This document shows, piece after piece, positions 24,001 through 36,000 of a DNA stretch of 64,000 nt; the stretch's first letter is position 1; every line of letters starts with the position of its first letter. Where the stretch lies: NCBI GenBank assembly GCA_040753675.1, contig JBFMEB010000008.1, forward strand, positions 6,736 through 70,735, written 5' to 3'. The notes beneath the pieces were generated by a model. The model searched no databases, was not told where the DNA came from, and worked only from the letters and a program-made list of their open reading frames with translations. The position numbers were made by a program, and so were the translations under genes. The DNA is from Candidatus Omnitrophota bacterium (lineage in GTDB: Bacteria; Omnitrophota; Gorgyraeia; JAHJTE01).

Positions 24001-27000
24001 TTTAATTGACTTTTTGCGCCGCATAAAAGTTCTTAAGGATAGTGGCCGCGGAAGTTTAGAGAATATCATTGATGATATGTTCCCCGAGCTTGATGAAAAG
24101 CAAGCTAAATTACTTAAAGACCCCTTGAAAAAACTATTCCGCCTTGAAATTAAATCAGGCGATGAGCGCGTTAATAAGGCAATAAGAACTTTTCAGTCTG
24201 CAGCAGATGATGCTGTGCGGTTAAGTGTCTTACAATCATTGCAATCATACCTTGCGCCTTTGGCAAAATCTAAGAAAGGATTTGGCAATTTGATTGAAGT
24301 ATTAGAAATAGAATTGGGTTTTGGATACAGTAATAAAGTCCAAGAGGCTATTAAGGCGATAATTGATGTGCTGAAAGGCGAAACTACAAAGCCGTGTTCT
24401 CCGCCTCGCAAAGTCTCCTCCATCCTCGGCCGCAAAGGCCTTGTCTCTGAGAGCCTGCCTTTACCCCAAAAAGAAGTCCCTGGCTCTGACTTAGCAGAGA
24501 GCTTAAAGCTTCTCAAAGCTTATTCAAAAGAGCTTTATAACCTGTATAGCTCTAAAGTAACAAAGGTCTTCTATAGCCAAGATTTACCCTCTTATAGCCT
24601 AACCCAGAAACTCCCTGACGAAGCTATATTAATTCATTTCGATGAATTACTGAAAACCCTGCCCAAATCAAGGCCAAAAGACTCACTATTATATCTCCTC
24701 CTCGTAGAAGAAACCTCCCACTTACTCCTACCTTTTGAAACAGATAACCTCACTATAGAACTTGCCACCTTCCTTAATATGGCAAGAGCATACTTAGGCC
24801 TCTCAGACTCTGACAGAGAAGGTCTAAAAAGCTTTTCCAGAGATATAAAGCCTCAAGAACAAAACACTAACCGCCTAATAACCATTGAGACTTTAGAATT
24901 CCTGGATTCATTTAAAGAAATAGACTTAACTAACCCAGATATATTGAAGAAGATAGCAGGCTTTCTAACACAGGGAATAACTGAATACCAAGACCAGAAA
25001 TTAGATACAGAACAACTACGTCCTTATCTAACTATCTTAGGATTACTAAAATCCATAGAGAAGTTAGAGAGCGAATTGAATCTGCTTAGACAAAAGCGGG
25101 ACAACATTAACAGGCAGATTGGCCAACTCAGAGGAAGGAACACAAACAAGCCACAGGAAATAACAGTTACAGGAGTTGAACGTATCCTTTCAGTGGGAGA
25201 TACTATCCCAGGCATTGGGGGGAGAGTAGTTAGTATGTGTAGCCCGACTATTTCAGGTAACAAGGCTGCTGTTTGGTTGAAGATTAGCAGTGGTGAAAAT
25301 GAAACTGATAAATATGAAATTGAGAAAAATTCAACAACATATCTTATATACATAACTAGGGAAAAGGAAGATAAATATACCTTTGAGATAGTTGCTTCCT
25401 TTGGGCCCGGCTATAGAAAACATCCAATTCCCAATATTTCAGAAGGACAAATAGATAAGCTTGGTGATATTGGGCTCTCAGGAGGAAATATAGTGGCCGC
25501 GCTAGAGATGTGGTACGGTGGAATTAACCCAAATGAAAAACACCTTTTATTCTATGAACGGGATAATAATGCTAATTCTTGGAAAGTAGAGAAGGTATTA
25601 TCAGCAAGTCAGTTAGGACATGTTTTGGCCGGAGTCAAAAAGCCAATTAGCGACTTAGTTGGTTTCAGTGTGTCAGAAAGCCAAATTGTAGCTCATGTTA
25701 GTATTTGGGATAGTGGATACAATATTATACGAATTAAACGCAACAATAGAGGGAAATGGATAGGAAGGGTGATAATAGCTTCAGGAGAAATTATACCTGG
25801 AATCAAAAACCCAATTTACTCACACATTCCCAGTATATCTGAGGATGAAGTAGTTACCTTATGGGTAGACGATAGCGATAAAAAGCAGCTTCTTATAGAG
25901 TGTAGAGAAGATAGTTCTGGTAAGTGGCGCAAGAAGGTAATCCATTCAGGCAGAGATGGCATTTTTGGAATTAAAGAAAAAGTTAGTAGCTTGTATAGCG
26001 TTTCAAGCACAGTGGATACTATTGTTATACAACTTGAGGGAGAAGGAGAATATTCAGGTAGTTGCAATGCAGCACTAATTACTAAGTATATGCAAGGAAA
26101 CTTAAAAGCAGTAAAGATAGGCTTAAGAGGCAGAACAATCCCTGGAATTGCAGGCAAAATTAGAGGCTTTAACTTTCCTGATATCTCGGAAGATAGAATA
26201 ATAACCTTGGCAAGGGTAGATGATACAAACCATCTTATAACTGCCAATATTTATCCGAATAAAGATGAATTACAAGCAGAACTTGTAGATGTAAATAGGC
26301 AGATTAGTGTGTTAGAAGAACAGAGAAGGCATATAGGTAGAGATGAAATTTTTGTCTCCTCCAACCTCTGCCGCACACCATCTGACGTTCCTCACCTGCC
26401 AATACCAAAGGAAGCTGTCCCTGCCCAAGACCTAAGCGAAGCCCTGAAATTACTCAAAGGTTTTTCAGGAGAGCTTGCTAAGCTCTACGAGCAGAGAATC
26501 ACTAACCGCTTCTATGCTGAAGATATGCCTTCATATTCTTTGCTTCAGCCAATAGATGATGAGAATATCAATATCTTATTTGATGAACTTCTTAGTAACG
26601 CAGATATTCGCGAATCAAACGCAGATAAACGCAAATCTCTTGAAAGAGGAAGAGACTTATTACTATACCTCCTCCTCGTAGAAGAAACCTCCCACTTACT
26701 CCTACCTTTTGAAACAGATAACCTCACTATAGAACTTGCCACCTTCTTAAATATGGCTAAGGCCTACTTAAAGCTCTCAAAAGAAGACAAGAAAACCCTC
26801 AAATCCTTTGCTAAGAGGCATAAACAACAACAAAAACTCTTAACCTACTTGGAATTCATAGATAAATTCACAGAAGAAGACCTGATTAATCCTGATACCT
26901 GGCAGAAAATGTCTGACTTAATTAAGAAAACTATCCCTGGGTTTAAAGACCAAACATTAGACGAAGAAAAGATTAAAACTTACCTAATTATATTAGGACT

Positions 27001-30000
27001 TTTAGAAGATGGCCCTGCCAGGCTCCAAATGCTTCAGGCAAGACTCGAAGAGCTAAAGCTAAGAAGAAAAATAGCTATGCAGGATTTCGAAGAGGCGCCA
27101 ATTAAGGACTTTTTTTCTGAGGCATTGGCTATCCTTGCCCAAATCAAGGATGAATCTTCGGACGAGGAAGTAGAAAAAGCAAAGGCCTTAGTTACAATTG
27201 CTGTTGAACTTAACAAAGCAGGCAATAAAACTAAAGCAAAAGAAATTTTCTCTCAGGCAAATACTGTTATCCAAAATATTAGTCTTGCATATAAAAAAGG
27301 AGAAGCGCTTATTGCTTATGTTTCTGGATTAGTTGAGGCAGGAGAGCTTTCAGAAGCTGAAACAACAGCACAGCTGATTATAAATAACGAGTATCAACCA
27401 ATAGCCCTGGCGATGGTTGCCTCTGGGGTTGCTAAGTTGGGCGATGAGGCTAAAGCCAAGGAGCTCTTCACTCAAGCCATCTCAGTAGCGGAAGAAGTAG
27501 ATAATATAACCTATAGATGGGAAGCCTTTACCGCAATTGCTTCAGAATTAACAAAAGCTGGTAATCTTTCTTTGGCATTAGGCATAGCTAAACGATACGA
27601 TTCCGACCCCAATATTAAAAGAATAATTCTTACTGCTATTGTAATTGAGTTAGCCAAAAGAGGCGAGGTTGATAAGGCCCATACAATAGCCAACCAAATG
27701 GCAAGAGAATCAGAAGGCCTTGCTGCTGTTGTTGCGGCGCTGTCTAAGTCAGGTGATTTCAGCCAAGCCCAAAAAATCTGCAATAAAGAAATTTCTGATA
27801 ATTATTATAAAGCAATAGCATTAGCTGACCTCGCCTATGAATTTGCCAGATCAGGTGACCAGCCAAAAACAGAAGAAACCTTTTCCCAGGCTATTGCAAC
27901 TGCACAAGAGATTGTTAAAAGGCATTGGAGTCACGAATTTTTTGAGCAAGATCTTTTCTCGCGCGCATTAGCTCTTGCTCACATTGCGTTGCAGCAGGCC
28001 AGGGCAAAGTATAAAGCCCAGGCAATGGAAACTTTTGCTGAGGCTTTGCATTATGCTGGTATGAATGGGATACTCATTGCCAACATTGTTGAGAAATTAG
28101 CTGAAACAGGTGAATTATTCTGGGCTACGGCTATAGCCAAAAAGGCTGGAGGTTCAGAGGAGTTTGCACGTATTGCAGCTGGGCTTGCCAGGTTAGCAAA
28201 TAGACCCGAAGAGATCTTAGCTCAGACGATAACACCAAGAGCTAAAGAAATTGCCAACACTGATTATAAATATGAATCAGAGGCTACTAAGGCAATTGCT
28301 GAAGAGTTTGAAAAAATAAGTAAGCTTTTAGGGGCCAATGTAGCTGACCTTGACCAACAAATTGCTTCCCTTGAAGAAGAAATCGCACAGCTTAGTAAGA
28401 TTCTAGCACAACGCACAGCGGACAGCACGCAGGACAACGCATTGCCTGAGGCTGTCTCTGATTCGCAGACGCCATTCAGTAGGGCAAAAAGTCTCTTGGA
28501 ATCAATCCAAGCTCCTCAGAAAGTAGAAGCTCAAAATAGACCTTTTGGTATTGAGGTTGAATTAGAAAAAAGTTCATCTTTCCAGGGAATTAGTATTAAG
28601 TGGGAATATGAGTACTATAATTGGACATTACCTGACCCAGAAAAAATGCATATTGAAGATGAGCCACATACTGGTTACTACGGGGATTCATATGTCAGAT
28701 GCATTGTTATCTGGCATAGCAGAAACGTAACAGACATTGAATTATTAGAATTCGTTTTAGCGCAGGATATCTGGGGAGATAAAGATGGCAAATTTTCTCT
28801 CGCTGATAAAAAACGAGTTGAGGACTTATTGACAGAATTAAAACAAGAACCTGAGAGTTGGCAAGACCGATATCGAAAAGCGAAAGATAGTGGGGCCAGC
28901 TACGAAGAAGCTGGACTTCTTGGTCTTGCTGCGACTACGCTGACTCAGCAAGTTGATAATATAACCTTGTATATTCTCGCGGCGGTCTGCCTTGGTTTGC
29001 TTTGGGCTAACTGGCGCGTTGTCAAAATAATTATTGACAGGTTTTCGAATTTAATTAAAGAAGCTAAACAGGCATTGTTTGATGTCGCTTTCAGCGTTTT
29101 ATTCCATTTCTTAGTGATAGGAGGCTTAACTGACTTCGCACTGCTCAAAGTTCTTGGAGAAAAAACCTTGAGTCTTTTAGGGCAATTAACGCATTATCCG
29201 AAAGCAATTATAGAATTTTTAGGGCATGCCAAAGATGCTGTCTATTTTATTATCAGTCAACTTGCAGCATTGACAGCTGCTTTAGCCGGAATAGATATTT
29301 CTTATCCTGGGTTAGCAACAAGTTTGTGTTTTCTTATGGCGATTCTTAGCGTTACAGCTTTATCTGGTTTTGGAGTAGCTTCATTTATTAGTAAGTTGTT
29401 AAGAAAACTGCAAGAACAGCGTGAGAATAGTATGTGGAAGTTTATCAGGCGGCTAGTAATAGCTTCTACTTTTGCTTTTGTTGTTGACGGCGTTAATGCA
29501 AGCTTTGCTAATGACCCAGAAGTCCATAAGTTTGCTATTTATATTCTCGGCGCTTCGTGCATTGGTTTGGCTTGGTTAAATGTGCGCGTTTTCCAGATGA
29601 TTATTAGCCGTATAACAAGTTTAACTAAAGAAACCTTGCAGGCGTTGATTGAAATTATCGGCAGAATTTCGTGTTATGCATTAGTAGCAGGGTTAATATT
29701 AGATACTGCTGTACTTGCAATTTTAGAAAGGCAATCGCTAACCGTTTTAAAAGTGGTAACTCATTTCTTTGGAATTATTGGTGAGTTTTTGTGGCAAGCA
29801 AAAGATATATTTTATTTTGGCATAACTCAAATCGCTACGTTGATAGCTTATTTGAGCAACGTTCAGAGGCCTATTGATTTTAGAGATTCCACAAGCCTTT
29901 ATTTTCTTGCAGCATTTCTTAGCGTAACAGCTATATGCGGTTTTGGTGTAGCTGCGAATATCAGCAAATTGTTAAGATGGGTGCAAAAAAAGAGAGAGGT

Positions 30001-33000
30001 GAACCTGCGGAAATTTATTGTGCGGTTAGCCACGGTTGGCCTTTTGGCTTTTGCAGTGAATAAAGGTTATAAATTTTTAACCAATAACGTCCAGGCTCAA
30101 ACAGTGGCGTCAGGCACAGCTAAAACACCAGTTAAGCAGATAAAAATAGGAGAACGAAAATGGTGGCAGTTGGTAGAAAAGAAGAGCCGTTTAATTAAAG
30201 CCACTGCTAATGATTATAACTTAGAGCCGTCTTTATTGGCTGCTTATCTTCTCAAGGTAGCAACGGATAAAGAAATAGAAGGTGAAAGTATAGAAACGAT
30301 AGAATTTGTGTTTACTGCCGTAGGCATGGATAGGGTTGCTAAAAGCTTACCTCGTTTCGCACAGGTCGAAGCACCTGCGCAAGTTAGAGTATATATGGAA
30401 GAAATCGAGCGCGCAGGAATATTTTCTAAGTCTACGAGTTTAAGTTTTATTCTGCCGGATTCTTCAGCTGTAATGTGTTTCATTCCTTTGGCGTTGACTT
30501 CAACTGGTCAACTGCCTCATCCTGATTTCAACTTTATTATTGCTGTTTTAGGGGTTGGGTTGTTAATTGCACTACTTTCAAGTAGATTGGCTGGCCCCGT
30601 TAGAAAGATTATTTTCGTCGCAAGTCAATCTTTACCTCAATCCGTGGCTGGTGGGGAGAATTGGCTACTTTCTAACGGGGCTGGTCCCGAACGAAGTATC
30701 TCTTTGGAGAGAAACGTCGGGATCCCGAAGAGTGACCAGAGTAGTCACTTCATTCGGGATGGGAAGCAGAGATCTAATAGTGCGGGGCTGTTTAGTTGGC
30801 AATCTGTGTTAATCCAGTTTTTGAATCTGTGTTCATCTGTGTCTTTAGCGGCTTTGGTATTTTTATTTTTTAATAGCAGGGAAGCGCTTGCCCCGTTAGA
30901 AATTTTAGGTCTGTTACAAGGACTATTTCTAATGGGGTTTGGCTTGACTGTGGTTAATACCAGGGCGTCTATAACTACTCATACGAAATTTGATAAACTC
31001 CAATTACAGGGCGAAAAGGTTTACGTTACGAAGCCCACGATTATTAGCCAAACTTTAGAAAAGAGGTATTTAGGTGCTTCTGCAATAGCTAAGTTAGAAG
31101 AGGTTTTAGGCAAAAGATTAGGCCAAGAAAAAGATTTAAGATACGGCCTACTTTCAATTAAAGGCAGGAGCGATTTTACATTAATTGTTGAAGAAGGCGA
31201 GTTTGGCGAAAAGATTTTAGTGATTAATGCTGGTGATTCTTTAAGTGAAAGAGACAGAGTAAATCTCTTATTAGAAGTTTTATATACTATAAATGCTGCT
31301 CCCCGCAGTAAACAAGCAAAAAGTTATAGAGATTTAGATTTTACTACTACACAAGACACATTTGATTATCGTAAAGGAGACTGGGGAGTTAGACAGGCTC
31401 AAGTGAATTGGGCAGCTTGCGATAACTGCGATTATTGTGTTGCTGCTTGCCCGGACAAGGCATTAATAATTGATAATAAAGGTGATTTTATTGGCGTTGA
31501 TTTAGACCATTGCTCTGAATGCGAGATGTGTGCCCGTGCCTGTCCAACAGGTGCAATTAGTCTTTATCCGAAGGAAACAATCGCGCCTTTTAGAACCAGA
31601 TTAAACAAAGAAATAGGTGAGCGCACCATAATTGATGAAGAATTGGCAAATCAATTAGGAGAATTTTTATCAGGAACCTTAGAGCCAGAGTTTAAAATAG
31701 GAAATTTAAATTTAAAGAAACATTATCAAAGCCAAACTCTGTTACAAATAGAATTAAATAATCCTTTTACACAGGTGTCTATACTTCTTACTTTAAATAG
31801 AGATAATACTTCTTGGCGAATCGCATATATGAGGTCGCTTAAGAGAATAACGGTGTTTTCTAAAGATGTACTTGAGCTGGAAATGGCAAATAGATTTCAA
31901 TCCGAAGGTTATAGTGTAAATCTTATTGATAGTAAACCAGAGCTTTTACGTCGACTTAAAACTGCAGATATGGATTTAGTAGTAGCAGCCAGGGAGGATA
32001 TGTTGCCTTTAGGATTACGCAGACAGATTTTCCAGGTTACTAATTATCCTTTACTAACACCAGAAGGAAACAGAATTAATCCGACGCGGGATAAGGTTAT
32101 TGATGCGATAATGCAGGAGTTTGCAGATAAATTTACTTCCCAAAGTCCTGATTATATTGATGAGGCAGTCAGCTTTGTCAAAAAATGGATGGCTGGTTTA
32201 GAAGGAGGAATTTCAGCTGGCTCGCGCCTTTGCCAAGGTTGCCCTCAGCCAAAGATTATGGAAAGGACATTGATGGCGATTGAGGCATTAAGCAGAAGAG
32301 AAGATAAAGAGCTAAAACGGGTTATCTTAATTAATACTGGTTGTGCTACTGCTTCAGGAATTTCCGAAACTTACGGCGTGATATTTAAAGATCCGGCATT
32401 ACGGCCTGGTTTTGGTTTCGCTGTTTCAGCTGCAAGCGGCGTTAGCGCAGCAATAGAATTTTTAAAGCAGGCAGAAAAAATTTCTCCTAATACTCGTTTT
32501 GAGGTTATTGTCTTTAGTGGAGAAGGCGGCACAGTAGATATTGGCTTGCAACCTCTCTTAGCTGCTGCTGGTCGGGGTCATCGCATACGATATATCTGCT
32601 TTGATAATGAGGCATATATGAATACTGGAAGACAGCAGTCTGGCTCAACACCTCCAGGAGCATTTACTACTACAACTTATGGAGGTGAGGTAATTCCAGG
32701 AAAGGCGCGTTCCCGCCGAAACGTTACTGATTATTTAGCTACACATTTAGATGTTTTAGTTGTTGAGACTAATCCTGAAGTAGAGCATCATTTTATCCAC
32801 TCTTTAGAGATGGCTTTTGAGCACGATGGATTTAGCTTTTTAAATGTTGCGGCATTCTGTCCGCCAGGGTTACAATTTTCAACAGAACGCGGCAGAGATG
32901 TGTCGTATTTGAAGACTTTAAGCGGGATGTTTCCTTTAACCCGCAGATTAAGAGGTCAGGCTGAGATAGAACTTCCAGCTGGTGCTTCAGTGAGAAAGGA

Positions 33001-36000
33001 ACTTTTAAAGAGAGGCCAAGTCCAATTCTTAAAACCAGCATTTGAAGATAGTTTGCTTGTCTGGATGAGCAGCCAACCAGAATTTAAAATTTTCTTTGAG
33101 GGTGAAGGCAAGTCCTTGGTTGATAAAAAAGGCACACTTAAATTAAAATCAGAATTTAGTATATTGGCAGATACCTTAATTCATCTTATTCCTGTAATAA
33201 GGGTAATGAAGGAAGAAGGCAGATTCAGCCATTTATTTGACAGAAAGACAAAGAACTTAAAAGACGAGGTTCGGCCTCTGTTTATGTTAAATCAGTTAGA
33301 TGTGGTTATACGTTGGTTAATGTTACTGCAAAAAGACAAGCGTTTTATTGCTAATGCAAGAGATATACAGCAGGCAATAGAAGAATTAACCAAGATTCGT
33401 GAGAAAGCCAAGATTGATATACGGGAAAATTATCTTACTGCCTTAAGAAAAGCTAAAGAAAAATTTAGAGCTATATCAGAGGAAGAAAAGATAAGAGTGG
33501 ATGAAGAGTTAAGAGATAAAAATGCCCAGCTCTTGGGAAAAGATGAATTAAAGATTCGTTGGCATAGTTTTGCAGGCCAAGGTGCTCAAGTCGGAGTTAA
33601 AACTTTAGGTACAATTCTGCATCTTTTAGGATTCTACTCGCTTGCCTGGTTGAGATTCGGTCCCGAAAGGCGCGGAGCGCCAACTGCTGGCTTTAATAGA
33701 TTTAGCGGCAGCCCTATTTTAGACCGCTCAGAATTTACTACTTCTGAAATCGATATTGTCTTAAACACACAGCATTTGCGTACTCCTACCTTAAGACAAG
33801 GAATATTAGGCGGATTAAAGCCAGGCGGGATACTTATTGTTAATACTAAACTAAAAGCCCAAGCTTTGCGCGAAGAATTCAATATAACTCAAGATTTAAT
33901 TATATACACAGTTGATTTGTCCGGAATTGCTAAGCAGGAATTAGGCAATCGAAATTTGATAAGCATAGCCTGTCTTGCTCCATTTATTAGAGTGTTAGGT
34001 GATTTAGACATAGATATGGAAGCTTGCGATATAGAAGCAATAATTAAAAAAGACCTTTCAAGCCAATTTGCCACGCGGCCTCATCTGGTGCAAGCTAATA
34101 TGAGGGCTTTTGAGAGAGCAAAGAATGAAATTATAAGAGAGAATGATAAAGAAATACAAGCACTAACACCAAAGACCTATGATGTTAAAGCGCCTTCGAT
34201 AAATATGAAATTTTTAACTGGTAATGAAGCATCTGCCTTGGCAATAATGCAGAATAAGCCTGGTGTTTTAGGGGTTTATCCGATTACACCTTCCACAGTG
34301 GCAGCTGAATTAATCGCTGAAGAGATAGCCCAAGGTAAATGCGATACAGTCTTGGTTATTGTTGAGGCAGAAGATTCAGCTCAGGCCTCTGTAATAGGTG
34401 CACAAGCAATGGGTGTGGACGCAGTTACTATTACCGCATCCCAAGGATTATTACGTATGCATGAGTTATTACCTTTAGCCAGCGGTTTTGGCTTACCTAT
34501 AGTTATGTATGTAAGCGCGCGCGGAATAAGCAGACGAGAGCTTACTATCTTTGATGACTTATCAGATACCCTGATGCAGCGAGATAGCGGCTGGATTCAG
34601 GTCTATTGTTCTAATGCTCAGGAACTTTACGATATGATGATTATGGCACCGTTAATTGCCAAGTCTATTAAAGCGCCTATTATGGTAATTGCTGATGGTT
34701 TTGCTATAAGCCATACCCGAGAATTAGCTTATACTTTAAGCGAAGAACAGGTAGACAAATTTAAGGAAAGTATAATTGTGCCTAAACAGGAAGAGTGGGT
34801 CGGAACTTTTGGTCCGGGTTCAGCGCCGTCAGATTATACTGAAGGCGTGGTAAGGGAGGCAAGATTGATTGAGCAAGGTCCATTAAAAATAGAAAGAATT
34901 TTTAAAGCATTCCAAGAATTTACCGGCCGCTCTTATAGACTGATACAGGAATATGGCGAAGATGATGCAAATGTTGCGATTATGCTTATGGCTGTAACTG
35001 CAAATACCGCGCAAGTAGCTATTGATAATTCCCAAAGCAAAGGCATGAAGGCAAAGTTAATCGTTCCTAAGGTTCTTATTCCGTTCCCTAAGAAAGAACT
35101 TATTGAGGCAGTGGAAGGAGTTGAGGCAATGTATGTGCTTGACAGAGCAATAACTCCTGGCGGAAGAGGCGCGCCTTTATTCAGTTTGGTTTCAGGCGCT
35201 TTAATAAACTTAAGAGAGAGGCCGATAGTTAGCAACGCAGTCTTAGGCTTAGGTGGCAGAAGGCCAAAACCAGAACTTTTAATGAAACTCTTAGATAGAG
35301 CAGATATTTTAAGACAAAGCACAATAGCGCTTACTGAGACAACAATATTTGATTCTCCCGAGTTAAATATTCTACTTAATGAATTAAGCTGGTTACACGT
35401 AAGAGATATAGAAAGAGAGCATCCTAATTTCTTTCCCAGCCAAGAGACTCTTCAAGGATATCGAGAAGATTATTTAAGAAGAATGCTCGCCTTTTTAAAA
35501 GAACGAGATTACACTAACTTCTTAGGCATACCTGAATATCCGGATGTGCGTGAAGGCATCATAAATGAGCAAGAAATCAGATGGCAGATTATAGAATTAA
35601 TTGAAAGCTCTCGCAGTAAAAACACTTCCTCCCTCACTGGCATCTTACCCCAAGGCCAATTAGAAATCACTCCTGTCTCTGCTGGCATTCGTTCTGGCTT
35701 GAGTCAAGAAGTAAATACTTACCTTGCCAAAAAACAATTAATAACATTAGGACTCGTCTTAGAAGGCCTACCTGAAGAATTAGTAAATCGCATAGTAGAA
35801 TTAACTTTAGATGACTTTAACATTGAAAATATCTATAGCGGACGAGAAATCGCTTCAACCACTCCTGGCTGGTTTACTATTATCCGTAACGGAAATATTA
35901 TTTTTAGAGAGGATTATCTTATCCATCTCTTGGATAAAGGCAATTTCAGAGATATGTTTATTGCGATATTGCATGAAAGAATAGAGTCCAGAATAAAACA

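Noticed and set aside
25816-26247. 143-aa minus-strand ORF and other 100-137-aa minus ORFs (17356..17718, 24193..24516, 34933..35322, 44632..44988, 46576..46983, 49135..49536, 52354..52767, 53344..53751)
   Set aside because: No RBS/start context examined looked convincing, sequences are compositionally biased antisense translations, and each lies opposite a + strand domain with clear homology. Treated as noise.
30567-30812. + strand frame-3 ORF (81 aa) and the other six short + ORFs in the track (1530, 12357, 37578, 38277, 42477, 45786), all in frame 3
   Set aside because: They overlap the continuous frame-2 coding sequence, lack starts with SDs, and have no similarity to anything. They are chance open stretches in the +1 frame. 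The 30567 one coincides with the palindromic patch reported separately.
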